64,000 nucleotides of DNA, taken from positions 9,176,001-9,240,000 of the forward strand of contig NC_086097.1 of NCBI RefSeq assembly GCF_963921235.1, in the 5' to 3' direction. Below, piece by piece: positions 37,023 to 49,179 of the stretch. The DNA comes from Mobula hypostoma (Eukaryota). The notes under the pieces are model-generated. The model did not search any database. It was not told the DNA's origin and saw only the letters and a list, made by a program, of their open reading frames with translations. A program made the translations under genes and the position numbers. The stretch's first letter is position 1, and each line of letters begins with the position of its first letter.

Positions 37023-38938
37023 ATATAACCATATAACCATATAACAATTACAGCACGGAAACAGGCCATCTCAGCCCTTCTAGTCCGTGCCGAACTCTTA
37101 CCCTATCCTAGTCCCACTGACCTGCACTCAGCCTATAACCCTCCATTACTTTCCTGTCCATATATCTATCCAATTTAACTTTAAAAGACAACATTGAACC
37201 TGCCTCAACCACTTCTGCTGGAAGCTCGTTCCACACAGCTACCATTCTCTGAGTAAAGAAGTTCCTCCTCATGTTACCCCTAAACTTTTGTCCTCTAATT
37301 CTCAACCCATGTCCTCTTCTTTGAATCTTCCCCACTCTCAATGGAAAAAGTCTAACCACGTCAACTCTATTAATCCCCCTCATAATTTTAAACACCTCTA
37401 TCAAGTCCCCTCTCAACCTTCTATGCTTTAAAGAATAAAGACCTAACTTGTTCAACCTTTCTCTGTAACTTAGGAGATGAAACCCAGGTAACATTTTAGT
37501 AAATCTCCTCTGTACTCTCTCAGTTCTATTGACATCTTTCCTATAAATCGGTGACAAGAACCGTACCCAATACTCCAGATTTGGCCTTACCAATGCCTTA
37601 TACAAATTCAACATTACATCCCAACTCCTATACTCAATGCTCTGATTAATAAAGGCCAGAAAACCAAAAGCTTTCTTCACCACCCTATCCACATGAGATT
37701 CCATCTTCAGGGAACTATGCACCATTATTCCTGGATCCCTCTGTTCTAAAGCATTCTTTAATGCCCTACCATTTATCATGTATGTCCTATTTTGATTAGT
37801 TCTACCAAAATGTAGCACCTCACATTTATCAGCATTAAACTCCATCTGGCATCTTTCAGCCCACTCTTCTAACTGTCCTAAATCTCCCTGCAAGTTTTGA
37901 AAACCTACCTCATCATCCACAGCACCACCTATCTTAGTATCATCTGCATACTTACTAATCCAATTTACCACCTCATCATCCAGATCATTAATATATATTA
38001 CAAACAACATTGGACCCAGTACAGATCTCTGAGGCACACCACTACACACCGTCCTCCAAACTGACACACAGTTATCCACCACTACTCTCTGGCATCTCCC
38101 ATCTAGCCACTGCTGAATCCATTTTACTACTTCCATATTAATGCCTGTCGATTGAACCTTCCTAACTAACCTTCCATGTGGAATCTTGTCAAAGGCCTTA
38201 CTGAAGTCCATATAGACCACATCCACCATTTTACCCTCGTCAACTTTCTTAGTAACCTCATCAAAAAACTCAATAAGATTTGTCAAACATGACCTTCCAC
38301 GCACAATTCCATGTTGAATGTTCCTAATCAGACCCTGTCTATCCAGAAAATTATATATACTATCTCTAAGAATACTTTCCATCAATAGCCACCACTGACG
38401 TCAAACTCACAGGCCGATAATTGCCAGGTTTACTCTTAGAACCCTTTTTAAACAATGGAATCACATGAGCAGTACGCCAATCCTCTGGCACCATTCCCAT
38501 TTCTAATGACATTTGAAATATTTCTGTCAGAGCCCCTACTATATCTACACTAACTTCCCTCAAAGTCCTAGGGAATACCTTGTCCGAACCCGGAGACTTA
38601 TCCACTTTTATATTCCTTAAAAGTGCCAGTTCTTACTCTTCTTTAATCATCATACTTTCCATAACTACCCTACTTGTTTCCTTTACCTTACACAATTCAA
38701 TATCCTTCTCCTTAGTGAATACCAAAGAAAAGAAATTGTTCCAAATCTCCCCCATCTCTTTTGGCTCCGCACATAGCCATCCACTCTGATTCCCCAAGGG
38801 ACCAATTTTATCCCTCACTATCCTTTTGTCACTAACATAACTATAGAAACCCTTTGGATTTATTTTCACCTTACTTGCCAAAGCAGCCTCGTGTCTTCTT
38901 TTAGCTTTTCTAATTTCTTTCTTAAGATTCTTTTTACA
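37023..38938 (-). mobile_element. Young 5'-truncated CR1 with (GGTTATAT)n tail
   Basis: ORF2 pieces 38633-38938, 38366-38605 and 37108-38385; short ttcc duplication at the junctions. Confidence 0.92.
37108..38385 (-). pseudogene. CR1 ORF2 reverse-transcriptase domain, 425-aa open stretch
   Basis: QHG..RGRSCLTNL, VDVVYMDFSKAFD, GVPQRSVLGP, KYADDTK, RRLRGDLIEVFK, FFTQR; frameshifted upstream. Confidence 0.9.
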
Positions 38939-39671
38939 TTCCCTTGGACAACATCGGTGTCGGGGAGAGTGGAGACTTGCAGCATGGGCAACTGCTGATC
39001 TTCCATACAACCTTGCCCAGGCCTGCGCCCTGGAGACTTTCCAGGCACAGATCCATGGCCTCGGAAGACTAACAGAAGCCTTAAATAATCTTGTTTAGCA
39101 GCCTCATATGTGGAACCTTGTCAAAGGCCTTCTGAAAATCCAAATATACAACATCCACTGCATCTCCCTTGTCTAGTCTACTTGTAATTTCCTCAAAAAA
39201 TTGTGATAGGTTTGTCAGGCAGGATTTTCCTTTAAAGAATCCATGCTGAGTTCTGCCTATCTTGTTATATGCCTCTAGGTACTCTGTAACCTCATCCTTG
39301 ACAATCGACTCCCACAACTTTCCAACCACCGATGTCAAGCTAACAGGTCTATAATTTCCTTTTTGCTTCCTTGCCCCCTTCTTAAATAGCGGAGTGTGGG
39401 CATATGGGCATGTACAAACTTAGATGGGGCAGCCAATGCTTCTTATAATTTTAGAATTGTTTATTTTTGATTGAGTTCTAACTTAGATATTATTCTAAAT
39501 AACTCTGTTGTTGTATTAATTTTAACATTGTGTTTTAGTAATTAAATTAGCAGTATGCTTTTTTTACACTGAATGGAGTAGCACTACAATCTTGTTGTCC
39601 TCAGCAATGACAATAAAGCTCGAAGTTTCTAGTAAGTTTTCTTTCTCTTTCTTTGTCTATTAGTACATAGA

Positions 39672-40260
39672 ATGGATCCAGAATTAGTGGGATGTTCTTT
39701 TTGTGAGATATGGGAGCTCTGGGAGATCTCCAGACTTCCTGATAACTGCATCTGCATGAAGTACGCCGAGCTGCAGCTCCTTAGAGACCGTGTTAAGGAA
39801 CTGAAGCTACAGCTCGACGACCTTCCGCTGATATGGGAGAATGAGGAGGTGATAGATAGGAGGTACAGGGAGGTAATTCACCCTTTAAGGTGCAGGAGGC
39901 AAGTACCTGGGTGACTGGCAGGAGAGGGAAAGGGAATTGAGAGCCAGCTAAGAGTGCACCTTTGGCTGTCCCCCTCGATAATCAGTATGCCTCTTTGGAT
40001 ACCGTTCAGGGGCTGATATGCCAAGGAGAAGCCACAATGGGCAAGTCTCCGGCACTGAGTGTGACTCTGTGGCTCAGAAGGGAAGAGGGCAAAGAGGAGT
40101 GCAGTAGTGATAGGGGATACCATAGTCAGAGGGGTAGACATGAGATTCTATGGATGTGAAAAAGACACCAGGATGGTATTTTGCCTCCTAGGTGCTAAGG
40201 TCAGGGACATCTTGGTTCAGGTCCACAGCATTATAAGTAAGGAGGGTGACCACCCAGAAT
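39672..40260 (+). mobile_element. CR1 ORF1 5' fragment
   Basis: MDPELVGCSFCEIWE...CICMKY..LQLLRDRVKEL; VPLDNQYASL; IGDTIVRGVD...VFCLLGAKV. Confidence 0.8.
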
Positions 40261-40271
40261 CACGTCTATCA

Positions 40272-43200
40272 GAAGACCATAAGATAAAGGAGCAGAATTA
40301 GGCAAGTACGCCCTTCAAGTCTGTCCCACCATTTCATCATTACAGATCCATTTTTCCTCTCAGCCCCATTCTCCAGCTTTCTCCCTGTATTCATTCACGC
40401 CCTGACCAATCAAGAATCTATCAACCTCTGCCTTAAGTATAAGGACTTGGCCTTCACAGCTACCTGTGGTAGGGAATTCCACAGATTCACCACTCTGGTG
40501 AAAGAAATTCCTCTTTATCTCAGTTCTTGTGCTGTAGGCTTTCTATGTTCTAAAAGAATGCCCTTATATTCTGAGGCTGCGTCATCTGGCTTTAGATCCT
40601 CCCACTATCGGAAACATCCGCTCCACATTGACTTCAATTATTCACCATTCGATAAGTTTCAATTACATCACCACTCATTCTACTGACAGGCCCAGAGACA
40701 TCAAACACTCTTCATAGGACAAGCTGTCCAATTCTGAAATCATTTTCATGAACCTCCTTTGGACCCTCTCCAGTTTCAGTAAAATAAGGGGCCCAAAACT
40801 GCTCAAAATACTCCAAGTGAGGCCTTACCAGTACTTTATAAAGTTTCAACATTACAGCCTTACTTTAATGTAACCGGGTGACCGTCGGATCTTATTCGGT
40901 ATTGTTAAAATGGTACTTAGGCATCCATCCGGGTAATGCTAGAATAGTTGTCTGTGCCTTTAAGGGAGACGGTGATGTCATTACACACGTGAGGGATAGT
41001 GGGGAGACCATTTCGCTTTCTGCTGAAGACGTGGTAAGGCATTGGAATTGAGTTCCTCCCGAAGCTGGGCATGGTGAGGAAAGATTTCCACGAGTGAAGA
41101 AATCAATGCTGGGTAGCGTGGCTTATACAAGGTTCCTCACCATCCAAAATTGCCACTACAGTATTAGTACCGTATTAGTTCTGGTATTTTTTGATACTGC
41201 ATACGCAATTCTGTCCATACACGAGAGTGTGGATTGGAAGTTAAACTGAGATTGTAACAGCAAGAACTGGTTGTAAATTCCTTCGCTTTTTTTCCCCCAG
41301 CGTGTACTTTCCCCCAGGCTACATTAATATTCTTGTCCTCCAGAAATGAGTCCTAACATCACATTTCCCTTCCTCAACACAGACTCAATAAGCAAATTTA
41401 CCTGGAGGGAATCCTACACAAGGATTTCCAAGTCCATTTACACCTTTTTTTTTTATATTTTCTCTCCATTTAGAAAATAGTCTACCCTTTTATTTCTGCT
41501 ACCAAGGTGCATGACCATGCATTTCGCAACACTGTATTCCATCTGCCTTTTCTTTGACCATTATCCTAATCTGCCTAAGTTCTTCTGTAACCTCTCTACT
41601 TCCTCAAAGCCTCCTGCCCCTCCCCCTATCTTTGTATCATCTGGAAACTTTCCAACAGAGTCATCAATTCCATCATCCAAGTTATTGACATATAATGTAA
41701 AAAGATTCAATCCCAACGAAGACCCCTGTGGAAACCACAAGTCACCGACGGCCAGCCAGAAAGGGCTCCAATTATTCCCACTCTTTCCCTTCCGCCAATC
41801 AGCCACTGCTTTATCCATGTTAGAATCATTCCTGTAATACCATGGGCTCATAGCTTATTAAGCAGCCTAATGTGTGGCGTCCCGTCAAAGGCCTTTTGAA
41901 AATCCAAGTACACAACATCAACCAATTCTCCTTTGTCTATCCTACTTGTTATTTCTTCAAAGAATTTCAACAGATTTGTCAGGCAAGTTTTTCTGTTGCG
42001 GAAACTATGCTGACTTTGGCCTATTTTATCATGTGCCTCCAAGTACCACATCCTTAACAATTGACTCCAACATCTTCCCAATCACTGAAGTCAGACTAAG
42101 TGGCTGATAATTTCCTTTTTTCTGCCTCTCTGCCTTTTTGAAGAGTGGAGTGACAGTTGCAATTTTCTGTTGCACTGGAACCATTCCAGAATCTAGTGAT
42201 TCTCGAAATATCTTTACAAATGCCTCCACAGTCTTTTCAGCCACCTTGTTCAGACCCCAAGATGTAAACCACGTAGTCCACGTGACTTATCTGCCTTCAT
42301 GAGTTTCATTTTCCAAGAACCTTCTCCCTTCGTGACCCCCGACACTTAGAGCAGCCACAATATCATTAGTCTTGCGCAGTGAAGGCTGATACAAAATACT
42401 TATTCAGTGCCTTCCAAGTTACTTTCAGAAATTCCAGCCATAGCTGCTCTGCCGTCATCCCTGCCAGTGTTCTTTTACAATCAATTCTGACCAACTCTTC
42501 TCTCATAGACTCTGGAATCCCATTTACTCCACTATAATACTGATCCATCTGATTTTGCCTTCTCCTCAAACTTCAGTGAGAATTCAATTATATAATGATC
42601 AGTTCGCATAAAGGTTCTTTTACCTTAAACTTTCAAACCAATTGCAATTCATTGCACAACTCTCAATCCAGAATAGTTGATTCCCTATTGGGCTCAACCA
42701 TGAGCTGCTCTAAACAGCCATCTGATTGGCATTCTAGAAATTCCTCTTCTTGGGATCCAACACTAACCTGATTTTCCCAATCTACCTGCATATTGAAATC
42801 ACCCAGGAATATTGTAACATTGCTCTTTTGATATAGTAGTAAAGATGTGTAATTTGTAAACCACATCTTTACTACTATTTGGAGGTCTGTAAACAACTCT
42901 CATCAGGGTTTTTTTTTATCCTTGCATTTTGTTAGCTCTATCCACAATGTTTCAATATCTTCCAACCCTATGTCACCTCTTTCTAATGATTTGATTTCAT
43001 TTTTACTGAGAGAGCAACACCACCCCCTCTGCCTTCCTGCCTGTCCTTTCGATACAATGTGTATTCTTGGACACTAAGCTCCCAGCTATAATTCTCTTTC
43101 AGCCATGATTCAGTGATGCCTACAGCATCAAGTTACTGCAAGCGCTGCAAGTTACACAGAAACATAGAAAACCTACAGCACAATACAGGACCTTTGGCCC

Positions 43201-44790
43201 ACAATGCTGTGCCAAACATGTACTTACTTTAGAAATTACCTAGTGTTACCCACAGCCCTCTATTTTTCTAAGCTCCATGTACCTGTCCAAGAGTCTCTTA
43301 AAAGGCTCTATCGTATCCACCTCCACCACCGTCGCCGGCAGCCCATTCCATGCACTCACCACTCTCTGTGTAAAAAATTTACCCCTGCTATCTCCTCTGT
43401 ACCTACTTCCAAGCACCTTAAAACTGTGCCCTCTCGTGTTAGCAAAGTTCATCTACCTTTTTCCGTATACTGTGCGCATTCAAATATAACACCTTCAGTC
43501 CTGTATTCATCCTTTTCAATTTTGTCCATCGTTTACATTGCAACGCATTCTGTTGATGACTACTTTTCCCTGTCATCAACCTCTCCTTGCTTAGTGTCTC
43601 ATTACACATTGCCTTTGTTTGTAAACCAACCACCTCATCTTCAGCACCAATACTCAGTTCCCATCCCTTGCTAAATTAGTTTAAACTCTCATGAACAACT
43701 CTAGCCAACCTGCCCACAAGGATATTGGGCCCCCTTTGGCTCACGTGTAATCTGTTCCTTTTGTAGAGATCATAGCTTCCCCAGAAGAGATCCCAATGAT
43801 CTATAAATCTGAACCCTGCCCCCTGCACCAGTTCCTCAGCCACACATTCACCTGCCAAATCATCCTATTCTTACCCTCAGTAGCATTCGGTGCAGGCAGC
43901 AATCCGGAGATTACTACCCTGGAGGTCTTATTTTTCAGCTTTCTACCTAGCTCACTAAAATCTCTTTTCAGGACCTCCTCACCTATGTCATTGGCACCAA
44001 TATGTACCAAGACTTCTGGTTGCCCACTCTTGTCTTCAACAATGCCATAGACCCAACTTGAGACATTCCTGACCAGGGCACCAGGGAGGCAACATACCAT
44101 CCGGGTGTCTCTATCGTGCCCACAGAATCTCATCTCCGTTCCTGTGTCTATGGGATCTCCTATCAACACAGTAGTCCTCTTCATCATTTTTCTTTACTGA
44201 GCCACAGGGCCAGACTCCGTGCCAGAGTCCTAGAATCCCCCTCAATAGTATCTAAAGCTGTATACTTATTATTGAGGGGAATTGCCACAGGTGTACTTTG
44301 CAGTAGCTGTTCATTTTCTCTCCTTGCCCTGTCAGTCACCCGGTTACCTGTCTCCTACAATCTAGGAGTGACTACCTCCCTCTATCTTCTATCTGTCACC
44401 TCCTCATTATCCCGTATGAGTCGAAGGTCATTGAGCTGCAGTTCCAGTTCCTTAATACATTCTCTCAGGAGGTGTCACTCAGAGCATCTGTTGCAGATGT
44501 GTTTATCTGGGAGACTGGAGGTATCCCAGACCCCCTACACCCCAAACACAGTGCAAAATACTGCCGCTGGAGCCATTATCACTAAACTACTATGCCCTAA
44601 CAGATGAGGAACCAACAAATAAGAACCAAGAAAGAGTAATCTCCCTCACCCAAGCCTGATGAGCCAAAGCCACTCTAGAGACTGGCACACTCCAAATGAA
44701 TGGCCGCTCAAAGAGTAGTCTCTCTGCTTGCATTTGAGTTATTTTTATTGGTTCTTTCCAATGGTTGCCTCTTGTTGATTGGTCTCTCCT
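40272..44790 (-). mobile_element. Near full-length degenerate CR1 (5'UTR, ORF1, ORF2 EN-RT, 3' end)
   Basis: ORF1 LIGDPI..VCCLPGA..VHIGANDI (43676-44187); ORF2 start LKVLYLNAHSIRKKVDEL; EN GDFNM (42663-42896); RT LVDVVYLDFQKAFD and KFPDDTK. Interrupted by an LTR and a CR1 tail (43155-43445). Confidence 0.85.
40869..41323. mobile_element. Solo LTR with 4-bp TSD
   Basis: Ends tgtaaccggg / ccaggctaca (TG...CA, imperfect inverted repeat); TTAA duplicated at 40865-40868 and 41324-41327; splits the CR1 cleanly. Confidence 0.8.
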
Positions 44791-45049
44791 TAACTTAGAG
44801 AAACGGTCATGAAACTATGCCTTTGAAATCTTGATTGCAGTTTTGATTGAAAGGTGTCTATTTTCACATCCCTGACATTGATTGTCGAACTCAGAGAAAA
44901 CTTCTGCAAAGCTCTGTCTTTTAAATCTTGAATGCTGACCTGACTGGAAGTTCGCTCTTGCAGATTGGCTGCTCCTCAACTCAGAAACTGCCACAAAGCT
45001 CTGCCTTTTGCATCTTGATCAAGTGGATGTGTTATGTAGTGATACTGTA

Positions 45050-46180
45050 AGGAGGGAAGGATAGTCAGATGATAGGGTAAAATTGCAGTCAGAGGGTTGA
45101 AGTGTAACATGGGGGCAAAATCAAAAACTGTGATGAATACAGGACTGATGGTGTTATATTTGAATGCATGCAGTATTGGAAATAAAGTAGATGATCTTGT
45201 AGCACAGTTACAGATTGGCAGGTACAATGTTGTGGGTATTACTGAGTCACGGCTGAAAGAAGATCATAGCTTAACATCCAAAGACAGACCTTGTTTTGAA
45301 AGGACAAGCAGGAAGGCAGAAAGGGTGGGGTGGCTTTGTTGTTAAAAAATTATATCAAATCCTTAGAAAGAGGTGACGCAGGATCAGAAGATGTAGAAAC
45401 CTTGTTGATAGGATAAGAAGCCCCTGATGGGAGCTATTTACAGGCCTCCTAATAGTAGCCAGGATGTGGGACAGAAATTACAAAGGGAGATTGAAAAGGC
45501 ATGTAAAAAGGGCACTGGGGGAAAGCCAATTCTGGCTTAAGTGTGTAATGAAACAGGTTTGATTAGGAAGTTGAAGGTAAAAGAACCCTTAGGAGGCTGT
45601 GATATAATGTGATAGAATTCATGGAGTTTTAGAAGGAGAAGATAAAGTCAGATGTGTCAGTATTACAATGGTGTAAAGGGCATTATAGAGGTTTGAGAAA
45701 GGAACTGGCCAAAGTTGAATGGAAGGACACATTAGAGGGGTTGGAGTTTCCAGGAGCAATTTGGAAGGCACAGGGTAGATACATCCCAAAGAAGAAAAAA
45801 TATACTAGAGATAGGATGATACAACCATGGCTGATGAGGCAAGTCAAGGACAGTATGAAAGGAAGAGAAATGGCATATAATAGAGCAAAAATTGGTGGGA
45901 AGTTAGAGGAATAGCAAGCTTTTAAAGAATAACAGAAAGCAACTAAAAAACATAAAGAGAGAAAAGATGAAATACGAAGGTAAGCTAGCCAGTAACGTAG
46001 AAGAGTAATGTTCGTCCTGACGAAGGGTCCCGGCCCGAAATGTCGACTGTACTTCTTCCTATAGATGCTGCCTGATTTGCTGGGTTCACCAGCATTTTGT
46101 GTGTGCGTTGCATGTTAAAGAGGATACCAATTTTGTTCTCAAATATATAAAGAGTAAAGAAGAAGTAAGAGCGGATAAAC
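45050..46180 (+). mobile_element. Degenerate CR1 ORF2 endonuclease fragment
   Basis: GLMVLYLNACSIGNKVDDLVAQLQIGRYNVVGITES; W.KGHYRGLRKELAKVEW; QPWL. Confidence 0.8.
46012..46049 (+). ncRNA. Minimal hammerhead ribozyme, variant
   Basis: gtc-CTGACGA-agggtcccggccc-GAAAT-GTC^gac; C15.2 to T (still a wobble pair), helix I shortened. Confidence 0.6.
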
Positions 46181-46553
46181 AGTCATTTTGGGCTGAGACC
46201 TTTACTTGATGCCCTCCATAGATGCTGCCTGATTTGCTGGGTTCACCAGCATTTTGTGTGTGCGTTGCATGTTAAAGAGGATACCAATTTTGTTCTCAAA
46301 TATATAAAGAGTAAAGAAGAAGTAAGAGCGGATAAACAGTCATTTTGGGCTGAGACCTTTACTTGATGCCCTCCATAGATGCTGCCTGATTTGCTGGGTT
46401 CACCAGCATTTTGTGTGTGCGTTGCATGTTAAAGAGGATACCAATTTTGTTCTCAAATATATAAAGAGTAAAGAAGAAGTAAGAGCGGATAAACAGTCAT
46501 TTTGGGCTGAGACCTTTACTTAATGCCCTCCATAGATGCTGCCTGATTTGCTG
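46061..46553 (+). repeat. 157-bp tandem repeat, 3 full near-identical units + partial
   Basis: Unit starts atagatgctgcctgatttgctg at 46061, 46218, 46375 and 46532. Confidence 0.95.
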
Positions 46554-46611
46554 AGTTCCTCTGGCAGTTTGACTGTGTTGTTCAAGATATTTAGCATCTG
46601 CAAAACTTCTT

Positions 46612-47035
46612 GTCATAGAGTCATATAGTTATAGAACACTGCAGTATAGAGAGGGACTTGCCAGTCGATCTAGTCCATGCCAAAATATTAACCTGCCTAG
46701 TACCATTGACTCGGACCTGGACTATAGCTCTCCATACCCCTCCCATCCATACCCCTTTCCAAATTTCTCTTAAATTTTGAAATCAAACCTGCATCCACCA
46801 CTTACGCTGGCTACTCCTACCATACTCTCACCACCCTCTGATGAAGGAATTCCACCTCATGTTCCCCTTAAATATTTCACTTTTCACACTTAACCCATAA
46901 CTTCTAGTTCTAATCTCACCCAATGTCAGTGGAAAAAGCCTGCTTGCATTTAACCAATCGATACCTCTGATAATTTTGTATATCTCTATCAAATCTCCCC
47001 TCATTCTCCTATACTCTAGTGAATAAAGTCCTAAT
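46612..47035 (-). mobile_element. CR1 3' end
   Basis: Homologous to 20000-20345 and 55713-56752. Confidence 0.75.
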
Positions 47036-47659
47036 ATTGAGTTTATGATCTATAATAATTTTGACATTTTGCAAACATGTAACCTTTAAACAAATAGAAT
47101 CTGTGAGCTATAAGGCCAAACATTGAAACAAAATTTACTTTGGAGGAAACAATATAAATTTGAAGCAGTTGGCAATAATTCTTCAAAAATACCTAGTTTC
47201 ACATACAGTTTCAAGAATGTAAGTGTCCCTGAACAGGAGTTTTAAATTTGTATAGTACAGTGGCCATCGTTCTTCAGCTCTTAGTGAAGAAAATTGTCAA
47301 TATCTTGTTCCAATTAGAATTGTTATTATTGGGCAAACTAAATTATGGCTATGATGTTAGGGTTCAGCAATCCGAATAAGAATTCCAGATGTCCCACAGC
47401 AAAGTAAGATGCCATTATTTTACAAATGAGTTCCAGCAACAAAGCACTATTAATTCCATTGGCAACAGTTAAAAGAAACTCCTATATTAGACAGGGTGTA
47501 TTATACAAAAGAATGTCTTAATAAATGTGATTGCAATTTACCAGCTCAGCTCCACCTGCATCTCAAATAAGCTCAATATTTCATATTTGCTTTGCTTTGT
47601 GGACCGGAGTAGGCCACAAAATCACTTTAGAACCCTTAGGTCTTTTTCTGCCACTCTCT

Positions 47660-47942
47660 TAAATTTAAACAATCTCACTCAAAAGACTATTGGCAAATCA
47701 ACTTTTTTGAACTGCGTTCCTGAACTGTAGAATTCAATACCTTAAAGTATAAGGATTGTAGACTCATTTGACCCTTTTAAACACCAGCTCAATACCATTT
47801 ATTTAACCTTGCTTTTAACTAACAACTTTATTTTCATGTTTGCACTTTATCCCATTGTAAAGCACTTTGAAACTACATGGTCTGTATGGAAAGTGCTCCA
47901 TAAAAAGATGTTGTTGTTATTATCATTATTATTATTATTATT
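47660..47942 (+). mobile_element. L2-type LINE 3' end with (ATT)n tail
   Basis: ...ttttaaacaccagctcaatacc(c)atttattt... followed by the tgtaaagcactttg...aaagtgct stem and a tta repeat. Confidence 0.6.
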
Positions 47943-48424
47943 GCAATTTCAATTTTTTCTCAACTTAAGTTGGTAAAACCTGAGGTGCGGGCATAGCCAA
48001 GCGCACTCATTTCTCAATTGCTAGGAACTTTTGGACTATTCTAATGGTATTTAGTATTGTGGTTTTGTGGAGAGTTACATAGACATTGCTGTGTAGGCAT
48101 AATTGTTTAATACTATTGTGTAGTGACTGTGGGATGATACCAGTTGTAGATATTATTATCGGGACAACATATTCTCTGTTCATGTTCCATATTCTTTCAA
48201 CTTCCTCTTTAATTCAGCATATTTTACTTACTGATTTTTGTACGGGTTTGGAATGGCTACATCTATTAAGTAAGTTGTTCCTGCATATTTATCCTGTAAT
48301 ACTATATCTGGACAATTATAATGGATTGTCCTATCTGTAATTATGGATTGGTCGTAGTATAATTTGGAAGACTCTGACTCTAAAACTGGGTCAGCTTTGT
48401 ACTTATAGTTAGGTATGGTGTTGT
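47943..48424 (-). mobile_element. R4/Dong-clade retrotransposon 3' fragment (restriction-like endonuclease)
   Basis: VLESESSKLYYDQSIITDRTIHYNCPDIVL...YLIDVAIP, then (frameshifted) EEVERIWNM...VPIIISTTGIIP...TILNTIRIVQKFL; flanked on both sides by (TTA)n. Confidence 0.82.
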
Positions 48425-49179
48425 TTATTATTATTATTATTATTATTATATCAACTTTTGTTTTCAGTCCAAAATGAAATATAGAGCTCCACAAAATGTT
48501 TTTCCACTATTAGACTTTCACATTGTGGAGGTACTGCACTATGTACTGGGATAATGATTACCTCAAGCATTTTTGAGGGAAAGCTCGAAAATATATAATT
48601 TTCTAAACTTATAAAAATGGAAACACAAAATCTGACAAAGTCATTTCCAATTGCCTTCTTGTGTGTTGAAAGCTGCTGTTATATTGCATGCAGTATTGTA
48701 CAAGGGTTGAAATTGATTATAATGTAAAATCCTAGATTCTTGTCTTTCAAGGGCACATTGACATTTCTGTTGCTGCCTGCCCAGTGGGAATGTCCTGGTT
48801 GGTGACAAATCAATTACACAAACTGTAAAAATCTATTTCATGTTGTCTGATACATTCTGGCAAAATGAAAATGGTCCAAAAATTTAATACAATGTGGAAA
48901 TTTGATTTCAGCTGTCAGAACTGGACAATTTGTTTCTTGGAGTCTATAGTTATTCCCAGGATTTGCAATATGGAAATAAAACTCAAAACACCTCTTTTGG
49001 TGTTAAAAATAGCTGTTCCTTAGATTTTGTAGTTGTTTTCCGCCCTAAACTACTGACCAGTAGTGACTTAGGAAAGGAATACACTGATCAGGAATTCTTC
49101 ATTGGATGTCTCCTGTTCTTGGTCAGACTCTCTCTTTGCTGGTCCAGGTAATGGTTCACTGAATGTGAACTCAATGAAT

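Larger units (their letters stand above)
36861..39087 (+). mobile_element. tRNA + CORE-like + RTE-tail SINE (36861-37022 and 38939-39087), split by a CR1
   Basis: TSD atcttgtttag (36850-36860 / 39088-39098); A box tggccaagtgg; gtccttgagcaaggcacttaacc; tail shared with 6350-6566. Confidence 0.85.
35731..39395 (-). mobile_element. CR1 ORF2 3' portion (host of a nested SINE and CR1)
   Basis: RT motifs VDVVYLDFQKAFDKVPH (39081-39338) and GFPQGSLLGPLLF...FADGTK (36041-36787); the two halves are contiguous across 36861-39087. Confidence 0.9.
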
